Assembly (NCBI GenBank): GCA_000002445.1
Contig: CP000069.1
Location: 480,001 to 544,000 of the forward strand
Length of the DNA: 64,000 nt
Origin: Trypanosoma brucei
Lineage: Eukaryota
Direction: 5' to 3'
The translations under genes and the position numbers were made by a program. The notes below the pieces were generated by a model that saw nothing but the letters and a program-made list of their open reading frames with translations, had not been told where the DNA came from and searched no databases. Below are positions 43,150 through 54,861 of the stretch, in pieces; positions within the stretch are counted from its first letter, which is position 1; each line of letters begins with the position of its first letter.

Positions 43150-44460
43150 TTACATGGAGCAAATGTGGCAACGTACCCCCCTTCCGCACAACTCTGCCAC
43201 GCCATTCTCCTCCAGCAAACTGCGGCGGGAGACGGTCACCTCGCGGATGTGTTTCAAAGCCAAAAGGCTTCTGAGGGACGTCACGAGCCACATGCATCTC
43301 GCAATGGAAATCCTTTCCAGATATATGAGCGATGAGCATAGCAGCGACAACTCTCTTTCAATGAGGCGCGTGCCATCCAAGTACAAATCGCCAAGGCATA
43401 TTGCGGTTGCTACCCACGTGTACCTGGGACACCTCACATCTTTTAGCGAGAGGCGTTGTACCTTCCAGTGAGTCCTGTGAGTCCTAATTGTCCCTTCCAC
43501 TTCACCAAAGCTCAGCTGATCGAGAACAAGCCCACGAATTCCCATAAAACCCTTAAGACCCCGTCGAAGGTCCTCGGAAGAAACAGCAGTACTGGATATA
43601 TTTGCGTATTCCAAGGTTGGAATTGTACCGAGTGATCCCACCTGACGAAGATTCGGACACCCTGCCGCCGAAAGGTGACGCAACGAGGGATGACCGGTAA
43701 ATGGTGTAAGGCTTATGACGCCCGTGCAACCATCAACGACTAAGCTGCGCAGTTGTGCCATTTGACCCAATAAATTAACGTCGCGGTGCGTGATGGACAC
43801 ACCACTTACATCGATGTCCAACAGTGTCTTCGAACCCCGGAGGGCAGAGAGCGAGGATAAATTTCCACCTGAGACATGAAGGGACTGCAATTTAGTCAAC
43901 TCATGTACAATCATGGGTGTGAGGTCCACTTCGCAAGCCCCCTCCAGCACAAGACATACCACCGTCCGAAGGATATCAAGTACTTGAGCTGGTCGCAGCC
44001 GATGGCGTTCCAACAGAGCACCGAATTCAGTGGTCTGAAGCCGGAGCAACTCCACTACCAGGCAACCACCTGAGGCACGTTGAAGGGAGTTAAAGAAATC
44101 ACCCAATGCTTTAACGCAATTGGAGTCAAATATCGCACGGACAGGACACTTGCCTAGTGCTGCAGCTAACTTCACATGCGCTGCCGCCGCCAGCAACGGC
44201 ACGCGGACGGTACTTCCATTCAGTTTCACACCATGGAGAGAAATGTTCGCCCTAACTGTCATTTTCCCATCACTATCCACTGATGGGAGTCGCTGATACA
44301 CGTATCGCTGCTGCTTCGACGGTGTTGCAATCATCGCAAGCGCAGACCGCGGGTGCGTCGCGTACCAGACCCACGGTGTGTTTTCATGTGGTTGTTGCGC
44401 AATGTAACTCGTAATGCACGTGAACAATGCGCAACTAATTCCCCCGGGGTTGGAACACAT
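43150..44460 (-). CDS. Leucine-rich-repeat protein, ~436 aa from MCSNPGG. The ORF-track start at 44598 is TTG.
   Basis: LRR consensus runs such as LTKLQSLHVSGGNLSSLSALRGSKTLLDIDVSGVSITHRDVNLLGQMAQLRSLVVDGC...LRHLSAAGCPNLRQV. ATG checked at 44458-44460. Confidence 0.55.
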   Translation of the reverse strand: MCSNPGGISCALFTCITSYIAQQPHENTPWVWYATHPRSALAMIATPSKQQRYVYQRLPSVDSDGKMTVRANISLHGVKLNGSTVRVPLLAAAAHVKLAAALGKCPVRAIFDSNCVKALGDFFNSLQRASGGCLVVELLRLQTTEFGALLERHRLRPAQVLDILRTVVCLVLEGACEVDLTPMIVHELTKLQSLHVSGGNLSSLSALRGSKTLLDIDVSGVSITHRDVNLLGQMAQLRSLVVDGCTGVISLTPFTGHPSLRHLSAAGCPNLRQVGSLGTIPTLEYANISSTAVSSEDLRRGLKGFMGIRGLVLDQLSFGEVEGTIRTHRTHWKVQRLSLKDVRCPRYTWVATAICLGDLYLDGTRLIERELSLLCSSLIYLERISIARCMWLVTSLRSLLALKHIREVTVSRRSLLEENGVAELCGRGVRCHICSM

Positions 44461-45228
44461 GCCGAAAAGAACATGCGGAGGAGGGGTGGAAGGGATTAAA
44501 TCAAGGACAATAGGGAAGGGGAAGAAGTGACGAGTGCTAATCGGTTCCCAACAACGACAACGACGACGACAGGAGAAAGCTGGAAAAGCCAAAAACAAAA
44601 CCCTTCGACCACGCTAACACAAAAACGTCCACCTAATGACGCATATATTTGTATGAACGTAAAACATGTCCGAAGACGAGCAAAGGTGGGGCGTTTGAAG
44701 GTGCGGGAAACACAAACGGAGTTGTGATAATAAAGACAACGTAAGGAACAAATGGGGGGAAGTGCATAATGCTGTACCGGCAGTTCTTGAGAACAATCCC
44801 GTGGAAAAAAATGCACGTTATTTCCGAGGAAACCTCCTGTAAATAACGTTACTATAATAGAACCTCAACCCAATAGCCCCTCTAACGACCAGTCTCCCAG
44901 ACGGCCGCCTTGCACCGCCGAGTTGTGCTACCATTACCTTAATTTTTCTCCTTTTTATTTTCCCGTTGTCGGTTGCATGCACTGTATTATTTCGTTTTAA
45001 ACACAAGGACCTAATGTGATAGTGCCCCCGTGGGGCTAAACATAGGTAACATGGTCGTTACGCTGTCAACAATTTTTACGTACCAGGATAACCAAGTATG
45101 TATTGCTCACCACAGATTATACTTAACCGCAGCCGCACAACTATCTTAGCGAGACTTTTTGCACACATAACACAATTTCCCCGCTGGTAAACCAACGGGC
45201 ATGAGTGTGCATAAATACATATGACCCC

Positions 45229-47070
45229 TCAGAGGTGAGCCTGAAGAGCCCCGGGAATGCCCATTTTGTCAAACATCATTTCACGATTCTGACGGGCCTG
45301 TGTGGCCTTTGGTGTTTCCTTCTCCGAAGGGGGTGAGGGGAGCAGTTTTCCCGGGTTACATATGTTCTTTGGATCAAGCGCTTTCTTGAACTTCATAATT
45401 GCGTCTAACCCACCCTCACCATTGTAACGCTTCATCCATGGGACGTGCTCATAACCTATTCCATGGTGGTGAGTTAGGTTTCCTCTGTGCTGTAACATGA
45501 CTTCCATCGCCCTTTTTTTTACTTGCAAAAAGATCTTGAGGTCATTTTCGTCGGCCTGCCCGCCAATAAAGGTGAAATACAAACAGCAACCAAAACGGTA
45601 CTGATGTGCAGTGTGGCAGCCTATCCATGCGTTCTTACCATTCTCGGCCATCACTTCCGCAAACGATTTCTTGACTGCTCTCCAGCAGTGAATAGCGTCC
45701 GTGTAGAGGACACTCGTCTCAAATACGTCCGCCCAAAAATTGTGAGCCAGAGCGAAATCGCGAAGGTACGGAAGGTCGTATTTCTTTTCTTGCCACGTGT
45801 TACCCGGCTTGGTTCCCAAGCATGTGGCACCGAAGGCTTGGAAGACGCCAACCAATTCACTCCGCTGACAGTTCGTTTGGGCTTTGGTTCCTTCAAATCC
45901 GACAACCACAAGTGATATTTTGCTGAGGTTCCATCCCTTCACAGTTGCGATGTATTTCTTAAAGCACTTGCTGAAGAATGTACTAACCAACCCGGAGTCT
46001 GTACTTGCTGCAAAACTGAGCCGTGTGTCGTCTTCGTCGTATAACCTCATTGTGCACGGGTGGATCCCCTTGCGTGTGCATGTATGGAAAGCAGTAAAAG
46101 CAACTTCAAATGAGGGAAAGAGCCAGCCTTCGTAACGCTTCACCTCTGGTATGCGTTCAATCTTAACAACAGCCTCTGTAACAAGTCCAAAGGCACCCTC
46201 GGACCCAACAAACATGGCGTTCAAGTCGACACCGCAGGGTCGCGAGGTAAGGGGTGTTTCCACCACGCCAACAGGTGTCACCACCCGCATGGCGAGAATC
46301 ATGTTTTCAATATCTCCATATTTATTCGACATGGCACCGCTGCCTCGCGCAGCAATCCAGCCACCAAGAGTCGAATATGCATAACTATCAGGGTCATGAC
46401 CCATCATGAAACCGTAGCGGCTCAGTTGCTCATCTATATCTGGGCCAAGCACTCCCACTTCAAACACAGCGGTACCAGATTCTGTGTCTATATGAAGCAT
46501 TCGCCCCATCCGTCGCATGTCAATGGAGATAACCATACGTCGCGTCTCAAAGGGATTCGGCTCCACGCCACCTGTCACATTTGTGCCACCACCGAATGGC
46601 ACAACAACAACGTTGTGTTTTTGTGCCAATTCCATAATCTTTACGCAATCATCGTGGTTGTTGGGGAGAATGACCGCATCGGGTGGGCGGTCGATCATAC
46701 CACGCCTTACACGCCAAAGGTCGCGATAATTTTTACCAAAGATGTGCGTCAGGCGGGCATATGCGTCGAGACGGATCTGATCTTTTGACAGAACCTGACG
46801 CAACTCATCCACGAATGGTTGTTTCACTACAGGCGGTGGGAGCCGTTTAATGGCCTCCTCTTTTGTTAGCCCGGGTGTGGGCTTAATTTTAAACTCTCCC
46901 TTCACCTTGAGGACATCGTCCTTCATGAACTTCAGAAGATGCTTCATCGGCTTTCCATTTGTGTGTATGGGGAGTTGCCTCGCCTCATCGTATTTGATAC
47001 ACACGCCAGTGTCCCCCCAGCCATTCCATTTGATTTCTTCAAATGCATCAGTAATCATTCTCTTATCCAT
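45229..47070 (-). CDS. Alkyl-dihydroxyacetonephosphate synthase, 613 aa, FAD-linked oxidase family, with a C-terminal AHL (PTS1-type glycosomal signal).
   Basis: FAD-binding PCMH-type region PNNHDDCVKIMELAQKHNVVVVPFGGGTNVTGG. C-terminal ...NICNPGKLLP.... Terminal tripeptide AHL. ATG confirmed. Confidence 0.8.
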   Translation of the reverse strand: MDKRMITDAFEEIKWNGWGDTGVCIKYDEARQLPIHTNGKPMKHLLKFMKDDVLKVKGEFKIKPTPGLTKEEAIKRLPPPVVKQPFVDELRQVLSKDQIRLDAYARLTHIFGKNYRDLWRVRRGMIDRPPDAVILPNNHDDCVKIMELAQKHNVVVVPFGGGTNVTGGVEPNPFETRRMVISIDMRRMGRMLHIDTESGTAVFEVGVLGPDIDEQLSRYGFMMGHDPDSYAYSTLGGWIAARGSGAMSNKYGDIENMILAMRVVTPVGVVETPLTSRPCGVDLNAMFVGSEGAFGLVTEAVVKIERIPEVKRYEGWLFPSFEVAFTAFHTCTRKGIHPCTMRLYDEDDTRLSFAASTDSGLVSTFFSKCFKKYIATVKGWNLSKISLVVVGFEGTKAQTNCQRSELVGVFQAFGATCLGTKPGNTWQEKKYDLPYLRDFALAHNFWADVFETSVLYTDAIHCWRAVKKSFAEVMAENGKNAWIGCHTAHQYRFGCCLYFTFIGGQADENDLKIFLQVKKRAMEVMLQHRGNLTHHHGIGYEHVPWMKRYNGEGGLDAIMKFKKALDPKNICNPGKLLPSPPSEKETPKATQARQNREMMFDKMGIPGALQAHL

Positions 47071-48031
47071 TTTGTTGTTTTGATTTTAAATTGCGGTAAC
47101 GGAATTAATATGTAAAAATATTGCCGAATTACAACGATGAATACTGTTATTTTTTATTATGTTATACCAGTATGTCGTGCAACAATTGAGTTGCTCTAAA
47201 ACTTCTATGAGTGGCTTTTTGTTCCCCTTTAGTTTTTCAACTTCTTTTCGTTAAAATTATCCTGGATTTAACTGCAAAAGAAAAAAAAAAGTAATAATAA
47301 TAGCAGATGCATCAAGGACATCGTATGTGATAGAAACAACAGAGGATCAGGGATGGAATGCAAACAATATCCCTTTTGGTGTTCTGTGGACTTCTTTTCT
47401 CTTTCATTATTGTCTCTTTCCTTGTGAGGATTTCCTTCACAAGAAAAGGTTGAGATGAAAGCCATACGAAACTCGCTGCCGCCACCGGGAAAGCATTTAA
47501 AAGACAACTGCTTCACTTTTCTTTTAGGCATCCCGATGGGTTTCCACAAACAATGAGGGACTTCATAACGCACCCAAACAGAGACCCATGCAAAACAAAT
47601 AATCAGGTAAACACACAAATAAATACATGTGTATATACACGCATGTGTTTATTTCTTCCTTTTTATTTTTATATTTGCATATGGTACCTTCCCAATTGTA
47701 CAAGGTGTGAAAGAAGAAGGGGACGGGAAACCTTAAAAAAAAAAACGAAGAGACGAAAACAATAGGACACCACAACACAAGTGGCAGTAGTAAGTGCATA
47801 ACCACACGCTGGCAAGGGCATGTCTCCGACATCAACTAACACTACAATACAACTATAACCCACCCAGCCACAACACTGAGCTAAGGATCGGTAACCATAT
47901 GGAGCGCTCAATGAGAAAAAAAAAAGAGGCAACAAATAATCGTAACAATTGTGGTAACAACTAAGTAGACTGAAGAAAATTTCGCGCAGGCAAAATTTCA
48001 CATAGGCATTCCCTCCCCCCCAAAAAAAAAA

Positions 48032-49936
48032 TCAGGAACGTGGTCTACCACACATCAGCCGAATCATAGTTTTTGTCAGACCCGGCCACCATTCACCGCA
48101 GTTAAAATTTGTTAAATCCGACTCACCGCTTCGCTGCCCCAAGTCTCGAATAGTCTGCCGCAGCTCGCGAATATGAGCACATGATGCCTCGGGGAAGCCA
48201 CGTCTTTTCATTTCCTGCTCAACGCCACTAAGACACAAGAGTGCCATTTGGTGATTGAAATCAAAAAATGTGGCCACCCGGTGCCGCCGCTTGCAATCAT
48301 GCGATCTCGTATCCTGCCGTAGTAAAGGGAAAATGATTCCATCTCGTATGGTACTTGAGCCGCTTAGCAGCATTACAACTCGGTCAATGCCCATTCCCCA
48401 ACCAGCAGTTGGTGGAAGACCAACTTGCAGGGATTTCAAAAAGGTCTCGTCCAGCGGCATGGCCTCCTCGTCGCCACCTTGTCGATCTATTAACTGTTGC
48501 TGGAACCGATGACACTGTTCCTGTGGATCATTAAGTTCACTGTATGCGTTGCAGTATTCAATACCATTGATAAACAACTCAAAACGCTCAGCCAAACCAG
48601 GCCGAGATGAGTGTTCCTTCGCGAGAGGGCTCATGAAGATGGGATGATCCATCACGAAGGTTGGCTCTACTATGTGACTTGTAATAAAGAAGTCAATGAG
48701 TTTATCAAACATCTTTGCCGCTGTGCGTACGGCTGGAAACTGAATGTCATGGCGCAGCATGATGGCGGACATGTATGCAAGTCCCTTTGGTGTGTTAAGT
48801 TCATTGGGTGGTGGGAGCTCGACACCGGATGCACTCTGAATTTCATCATAAACACTAATGCGCCGGAATGTTGCACCCAAATCAATCTCCCGTGTGATAC
48901 CAGCCCGCTCACACTGGATTTGCAGTTGCGTCGTCCCGTTTGCCCGTAGCGCGAGATGGCGAAAGATGTCTTCTGTCATGGTGATAAGGTCTTCGTATGT
49001 GTGGTATGCTGCGTAGAATTCACACGTGGTAAACTCCGGGTTGTGACTGCGATCAGCATCCTCGTTACGAAATACTTTACCAATTTCATACACCCGTTCC
49101 AAACCTCCGACGACGCACTGTTTCAGGTATAACTCTGGTGCAACGCGTAGGAAGAGGTCTGCATTATTTGCGTTGTGATGCGTCACAAAAGGTTTTGCAT
49201 TCGCACCGGACGCTACAGTGTGAAGAATCGGTGTCTCTACCTCAACAAAGTGTCTCATATCCAAGTACTCACGGAGTGACTGCAGCACTGTGTGACGCTT
49301 TCTAATAGTGTCGATAACGGACCGATTGGTCATCATATCCACAAAGCGATATCGATACCTCACATCATTGTCTTGCAGTTGCGTAAAACCACGTAGATCT
49401 GGGCAGACTACCTGGTCCCTACAAACATATGGCGCCAGCACCTCCACACGACTAGCAGCTAAAGACAACTCACCGCGCTGCATCCTACATGGAATACCTT
49501 CAGCTCCCACAATGTCTCCAACACGCAATGAAGCTCTCAGTTGCTTCAAGCAGTCTCGTGTGAAATGTTCCCCGACATGCACGACTAACTGCAGATCCAC
49601 ACCACTAGATCGTACTGTCGCAAAAAGCATCTTTCCCATATCCCGCAAACTTGTGATACGACCAGCGACTCGGGCCGTTACTGATGTTTCCCTCTCGCCT
49701 GCCGCCAGGTATTTGTAATTTTCCCTAAATTCCTCAATGGTTTCTGTGCTACGGAAGGAACTGTACGCTGCCGGGGTTTCGAGTTTTGATCTCGGCCTCT
49801 CCATGGCCTTCACATGTGCCGGTGCATCACTTATTGGTATTTTAAGTTGTGCGGGCTGCCGCCTTCGGGCCGCTGAAGCCACCTGCCGGAGCTGAAGGCC
49901 GCTCCGAAGAGGTCCCGCCGCTCCCCAACGGCGCAT
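48032..49936 (-). CDS. KRS2: Class II lysyl-tRNA synthetase, 634 aa, with an Arg-rich N-terminal extension that suggests the mitochondrial isoform.
   Basis: OB-fold plus class II core: FLRVAPELYLKQCVVGGLERVYEIGKVFRNEDADRSHNPEFTTCEFY (motif 2) and ERFELFINGIEYCNAYSELNDP. N-terminus MRRWGAAGPLRSGLQLRQVASAARRRQP is presequence-like. ATG confirmed. Confidence 0.8.
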   Translation of the reverse strand: MRRWGAAGPLRSGLQLRQVASAARRRQPAQLKIPISDAPAHVKAMERPRSKLETPAAYSSFRSTETIEEFRENYKYLAAGERETSVTARVAGRITSLRDMGKMLFATVRSSGVDLQLVVHVGEHFTRDCLKQLRASLRVGDIVGAEGIPCRMQRGELSLAASRVEVLAPYVCRDQVVCPDLRGFTQLQDNDVRYRYRFVDMMTNRSVIDTIRKRHTVLQSLREYLDMRHFVEVETPILHTVASGANAKPFVTHHNANNADLFLRVAPELYLKQCVVGGLERVYEIGKVFRNEDADRSHNPEFTTCEFYAAYHTYEDLITMTEDIFRHLALRANGTTQLQIQCERAGITREIDLGATFRRISVYDEIQSASGVELPPPNELNTPKGLAYMSAIMLRHDIQFPAVRTAAKMFDKLIDFFITSHIVEPTFVMDHPIFMSPLAKEHSSRPGLAERFELFINGIEYCNAYSELNDPQEQCHRFQQQLIDRQGGDEEAMPLDETFLKSLQVGLPPTAGWGMGIDRVVMLLSGSSTIRDGIIFPLLRQDTRSHDCKRRHRVATFFDFNHQMALLCLSGVEQEMKRRGFPEASCAHIRELRQTIRDLGQRSGESDLTNFNCGEWWPGLTKTMIRLMCGRPRS

Positions 49937-52495
49937 CGTTCAATTGGGGGATATCTGTAAGAAAAAAACAAAAAACAAAAAAACAAAACAAAACAAAACA
50001 ACGAAGACAATAATAGGAATAATGAGAGTAAATAATATACGGATGAAATGGATTGTGTGATGCGTGTTTAGTTTTCTTTTCTTTTTCTTTTTTTTTTCTT
50101 ACCGATTAAATAACACAAACGTGACAAAAGCGAAACAAAGGAAAAATAAAAAATAAAATAAAAAGTAAAAATAAAATGAAGTGATCCTAAGGTGTACTGT
50201 AATAACCTTGATGTGGCTATTGTAATTGCTATTTGCTTTGATGTATGTGTATACATGTGTGATTGTGTGGTGATGTTAATAGTAACGGAAGGAAGGGGAG
50301 TTTACATAAAATGATAGAGAAAAAAAAACAAAAAAGAAGACAAATAGACGAAAAGAAGGGGAAAGTGATAAAAAGTCATTCATATTTGTATCAGTGCATA
50401 GAGTTGTATGAGTAAGTTTCAAAAATAATAAAATAATAATAATAGATAAAATAACAGTCAAGCGCACCTTCCCTTTTCCTTTTCCTTTGATTTATATTTC
50501 TTTTTTTCTTTTCTTTTCTTTTCTTTTTAAACTCGTCATATTACCCTCTATTTCCCTTATCTCCTCTACCATATGGCAGCAGAAAGAAATGAAGTGGTCT
50601 CTCTAAAAAAATAAATAAATAGAGAGAGTGAAAAGAGGATGGAAAGACAATTGAAGAAATAAGAAAGAAAAAGAAGACGGGGTAAAGAAAAACAAACAAA
50701 CAAAAACAAACACAAACACAAACAAAAACACACACACAAAAAAAGAATATAACATAAACATTGACGATCATGATTTCTTTTCCCTCTCATTTCACTTTTT
50801 TTTTCCCCCCCTCCCCCATAACTCTCTCCCCTATTCGCTCCTTAATTCATTGCTTTATTTCATTTACATTACCGTTCATCATCAATGTTTTCCCTTTTTT
50901 CCTTTTTCTTTTTCCTTTTCTTTTTTGCTTAATTGTTCAATGAAGGCTTTCACAAACAAATTAACCAATCAATCAACTTATCAATTAAATTACTTGTTTG
51001 TTCATTCACCAATGAAAAAAAACTGAACAAAGGAAGCAAAACAGCTGTACAATAAGGGAAAACAAAACAAAGCAGCAGCGGAAATATAAGAATAAAATAA
51101 ATAAAATAAGATATAAGAAGATATACGCAAGTAAAATAAAAAAAAAAGCAAAAGGAAAGGGGAAACCGTTCGCTCTTATTTCAATATTTGGAAAGGAATA
51201 GTGGACAGAGGAAAACAAAAGGAAAAAAGATATAACAAAAAAAAAAAATTTAAACAATCGACCATTTAAAAGTAGGGGGGAAAAACACAACTACGAAACG
51301 CTCAATAAAAATACGTGTAACAAAAAGAACAAAGTGACGGTGAGGCAAAAGAGAAAAAAAACAATAAAAAAATCCCTTTTTTTTTAAATTTCGAAGGAAG
51401 GAAGAGTTAACAAAGAAAAAAGAAGGGTGGGAAAGGCGGAATTTGATTTTAAAAGAAAAATCACGCTCAAAAATGCCTTTTCCGAAACACTTCACTTCAC
51501 ATCACATCACTTCACTTTCCTTCCTTCTTGTTTTTTTTTCTCGTTGCAACTCTTACAGACACTTTTCACCCTTTTCTTTCATTTTATTTTTCCCTTTGGA
51601 CATAAAGTTGGGAAGTGGAGGAGGAGGAGGAGGAGGATTAATTAAATACAAACAAACTGAAAATAAACACACACAGACACAGACACACACACACAGACAG
51701 AGAGAGAGAGAGTTAACAGTAACACCAACAGCAACAGCAAACCCAACATAACAGAACGCGAAGACGAATCAAAACACCATATCCCCATTCTTCTTTCTTT
51801 CTTTCTTTTTTTTTTCGTTTTTGTTGCTGTTACTGTTGGTTACTTGCATTTTCCGCTACTTAATTAAACAAATTAAGAACAACGAAAACAACAACAGAAA
51901 AACATCGTTTCGAACATTTGCTTCGTCCAGTACATTTTATCGCTTATTAATGTCACTTAATGATACTGATTTTAATAATCGTAAGCATGATAGTGATGAT
52001 AAACAAACAAAGAATTAATAATAATAATAATAGTTAATCGTTATACTCGTTTTGATATTTCCACTTCCCAACATTCGTTTCTTTTTTTTGTTTTTGCCTT
52101 TTTTCATCCCTCTCTTCTTAAATCCCTTTTTTCCCCCCTTTAAATGGACCCCTTCCATTTTCTGTTTGCTTCTCGCGAGAGTCGCAAGCACTTGAATATG
52201 CAAATGCGCAAAGAAAATGTCACGGTTACACTTCAGAGCTTATCTTTAAGTCTAAATGCTACAACCCGCAAGCGGTTCCCTTTCCCCCTTTTCCCTTCTT
52301 TTCTTCCTTCAACATCAGTACAATTTTCATTCGTTTACTTTCATTTTGTCTTGTTCTTTTCCCCCCTTTTTTTTTGGCTCTGTTTCTTTTTTTTGTTTTC
52401 CTTTTTTTTTTTTGGAGAGGAAGGGGAGAAAAGGGAGAAGGAGAAAAGGGGGTTGTTTTCACTACGTTGCTCGTCTTATAACCTTTGCGCGTGTA
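49937..52495. other. Long (~2.5 kb) AT-rich low-complexity intergenic/UTR region between LysRS and AQP1. The plus strand is purine-rich, so the transcribed minus strand is polypyrimidine.
   Basis: Contains (AAAAC)n at ~49962-50002, (CAAA/CA)n at ~50681-50745, (GGA)7 at ~51616-51637, (CA)n(GA)n at ~51667-51712, and many A/G homopolymer runs. Most of it is probably AQP1 3'UTR plus trans-splicing signals for LysRS. Confidence 0.5.
51667..51712. repeat. Compound (CA)n/(CAGA)n/(GA)n microsatellite
   Basis: acacacagacacagacacacacacacagacagagagagagagag. Confidence 0.9.
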
Positions 52496-53461
52496 TTAGT
52501 AGGGAACAAAGTATTTGTAGAGGAAAAGGCCAAAAATGCCTCCCAAGAAGGGGATAAACAACGGCACCCAAAAGTAATAATTTCCCGTCGTAAACACCTC
52601 GGAACCGAAGAGAATAGCGGAGAAAACTCTTGGACCAAAATCACGAGCCGGATTAATCGCATAACCGGATGCATAACCAATGTTGTTTCCAATAGCAAAC
52701 ACAAGAGCACCAACTGCCAGCGGTTCATGTCCTTTGGCAGGTGAGTTATTGGGATCAAATATGCCACCGACGCAAAAGAGAAGAATTGCTGTGCAGATAA
52801 ACTCGGAAAAGATGCAGTAAAAGAGACGATTCCCTTCGCGTGGGTACGTGCTGAACATACCGGCAAAACCCTTATCACCAAAACCAACCAACCCACCGCT
52901 GTGTTGCTTCAGAAGATCAGCATAAACACCATAAGCACATGCCGCACCAACAAAAGCACCGAGCATTTGTGCTGCGATGTAACCGGGTACCCGCCTCCAT
53001 GGGAAACAACCAAAAACGGCATTGGCGAGGGTAACCGCCGGGTTAAGATGACCACAAGATATTCCCAATGAAATATAAAGACCCATCGTAACGGCAATTC
53101 CCCAACCAAGCGTGATGCTGAGAAATCCCAAATCCTTATCCAAAATTGTTGTGGCCACTACACCATTACCCATGAAAAGTAGGACGAAGGTTCCAAGAAA
53201 CTCACCCATATAGTTGCGGTAATCCAAACGCAGTTGTCGTGGAGCCCAGTAGTTGACATCAACGGCATCATGTGCTTCATTGTCCGCATTATCACCCACC
53301 AACTCGTTTTCATTCTTTTCCTGTGGATTGGCACTCCGGTTGGGAATGGGTTCATTATTTTCTTCAAAAGGAACCTCACAGGCACCTCCGTTTCGGGCTT
53401 TCAAGCCACGCACATCGGTCTCTGATGGATATTGATGCACGTTAATTTTTTCGTCAGACAT
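52496..53461 (-). CDS. AQP1: Aquaglyceroporin of the MIP family, 321 aa, with canonical NPA/NPA motifs.
   Basis: [13 protein letters not shown] and [13 protein letters not shown], with six hydrophobic helices. The length of 321 aa and the position next to LysRS match my recollection of TbAQP1, which is not AQP2 (AQP2 has NSA/NPS motifs). ATG confirmed. Confidence 0.8.
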   Translation of the reverse strand: MSDEKINVHQYPSETDVRGLKARNGGACEVPFEENNEPIPNRSANPQEKNENELVGDNADNEAHDAVDVNYWAPRQLRLDYRNYMGEFLGTFVLLFMGNGVVATTILDKDLGFLSITLGWGIAVTMGLYISLGISCGHLNPAVTLANAVFGCFPWRRVPGYIAAQMLGAFVGAACAYGVYADLLKQHSGGLVGFGDKGFAGMFSTYPREGNRLFYCIFSEFICTAILLFCVGGIFDPNNSPAKGHEPLAVGALVFAIGNNIGYASGYAINPARDFGPRVFSAILFGSEVFTTGNYYFWVPLFIPFLGGIFGLFLYKYFVPY

Positions 53462-54105
53462 GGTAATAGTTATAGTAGTAGTAATAATGATAATAATAAT
53501 AGTAATAATACGCCAACAGCACCAGGGGGAAGTAACAAAAAAGAAAAAAACAAAAGTGTTTACCGGTCTATTTTTGATTGTGGTGGACCCCTTTCCTTTT
53601 TTTTCTTTATATATATTGTTCTCCCGCTTGTGTGGTTGTTGTTTTTTTTTTTTTGATAGAACGAACGAAAAACAACAACAACAACAAAGAAGATGCCTGC
53701 TTTATTCTGTGATATATCTGAATAATTTTCTTTCTTCCTTTTTTTCGAGTTGACCAATTAAATATATGTATTTATTTACCGTACCATAACCAATGGTAAT
53801 AAGTTGTTGGAGCACGGAGAAAAAAGAAAGCAAAGCAGAATAAAATAAAAATAAAAGGGGAAAAGAGGGAATACATGCAAATAGTATAAACACAGCCACA
53901 TATATTTATATATGCATATTAAGTCAGATGGAGAGATGCATAAATAAAAATAAAGGCGACATCGTTTGATGGGGTTAAGTGGAAGAACGTCTCCACTCCC
54001 CACGGAAATGAGTTCGTTTACCTTCCAGCTACTGCGCACAGGTGCAAGATACCTCTTTTTTTTTTTCACTGATTTTTTAAAAATTAATATCGAGGAAAAA
54101 ATACG

Positions 54106-54131
54106 CATATATATATATATATATATATATT
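54106..54131. repeat. (AT)n microsatellite
   Basis: A catatatatatatatatatatatatatt run read directly from the sequence. Confidence 0.9.
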
Positions 54132-54600
54132 TCAATATATTTCAATTTATATTCATATAAATAGGTAAAAAAAAGAAAGGTTAATAAGGAATAATTTCCC
54201 TTTTGTTTTGTTTTCGTTATTCTTGGTGTCGGAAAATAAAAAGAAGATGGGACACGATTATGCTACGCGACAAAAAAAAAATTCAGATGCTGAACGATAG
54301 AAAAGTATCAAGTGTGGGGGGGGGGAAACCGTATAAAAAAACACACAAAAAAAAAGGCAAGCACAAATATTCGCCTTCCCAGAAGCACGCGTACACCCGT
54401 TCGGTTATGTCTCCACTTTTCTCTATTACTTGCCTTTAAAAAATACACAGTTCAGCGCAAGTGTCATGGAGTGGTGAAGTAAAGCTACTTTATTTTTTAT
54501 CGATTAGTCTATCGTTCTTTTTTTGTTTTTTTTCACTGTTTTTCTGCGAGTTAAAAGTTATACCATATCTTTGGCGCAATCTTTCTGCTTTCACTCCCCG

Positions 54601-54638
<38 letters not shown>
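54601..54638. repeat. (TA)n microsatellite, interrupted
   Basis: tatatatatatatatatatatatttatatatatatattta. Confidence 0.9.
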
Positions 54639-54861
54639 TATATCTTTCCCTTAAAAAAAAAAGGAAAATTATATCCATCTCTTTTTTTTTCTTTTTGGAA
54701 ATTACTATATTTCGTTCTAACATCCATTGATTCCCTTATACTCTTTTTTTTTTTACGAAATAAACGTGCAGCTCTCGCGTATACGTGTGTCGTGTTAACC
54801 CCTTCCCTTCAAGCGCCATAATAAGATTATGGCGCCCCTCCGCCAAACTGTTGCGATTACC

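Noticed and set aside
50068-52557. Many 60-140-aa Phe/Leu/Ser-rich ORFs in the LysRS-AQP1 spacer, and similar ones at 53432-54160 and 56328-56708
   Set aside because: They are translations of homopolymer and microsatellite tracts (TTTTC/CTTTT and others) on both strands. There is no codon structure and they sit in low-complexity intergenic/UTR DNA.
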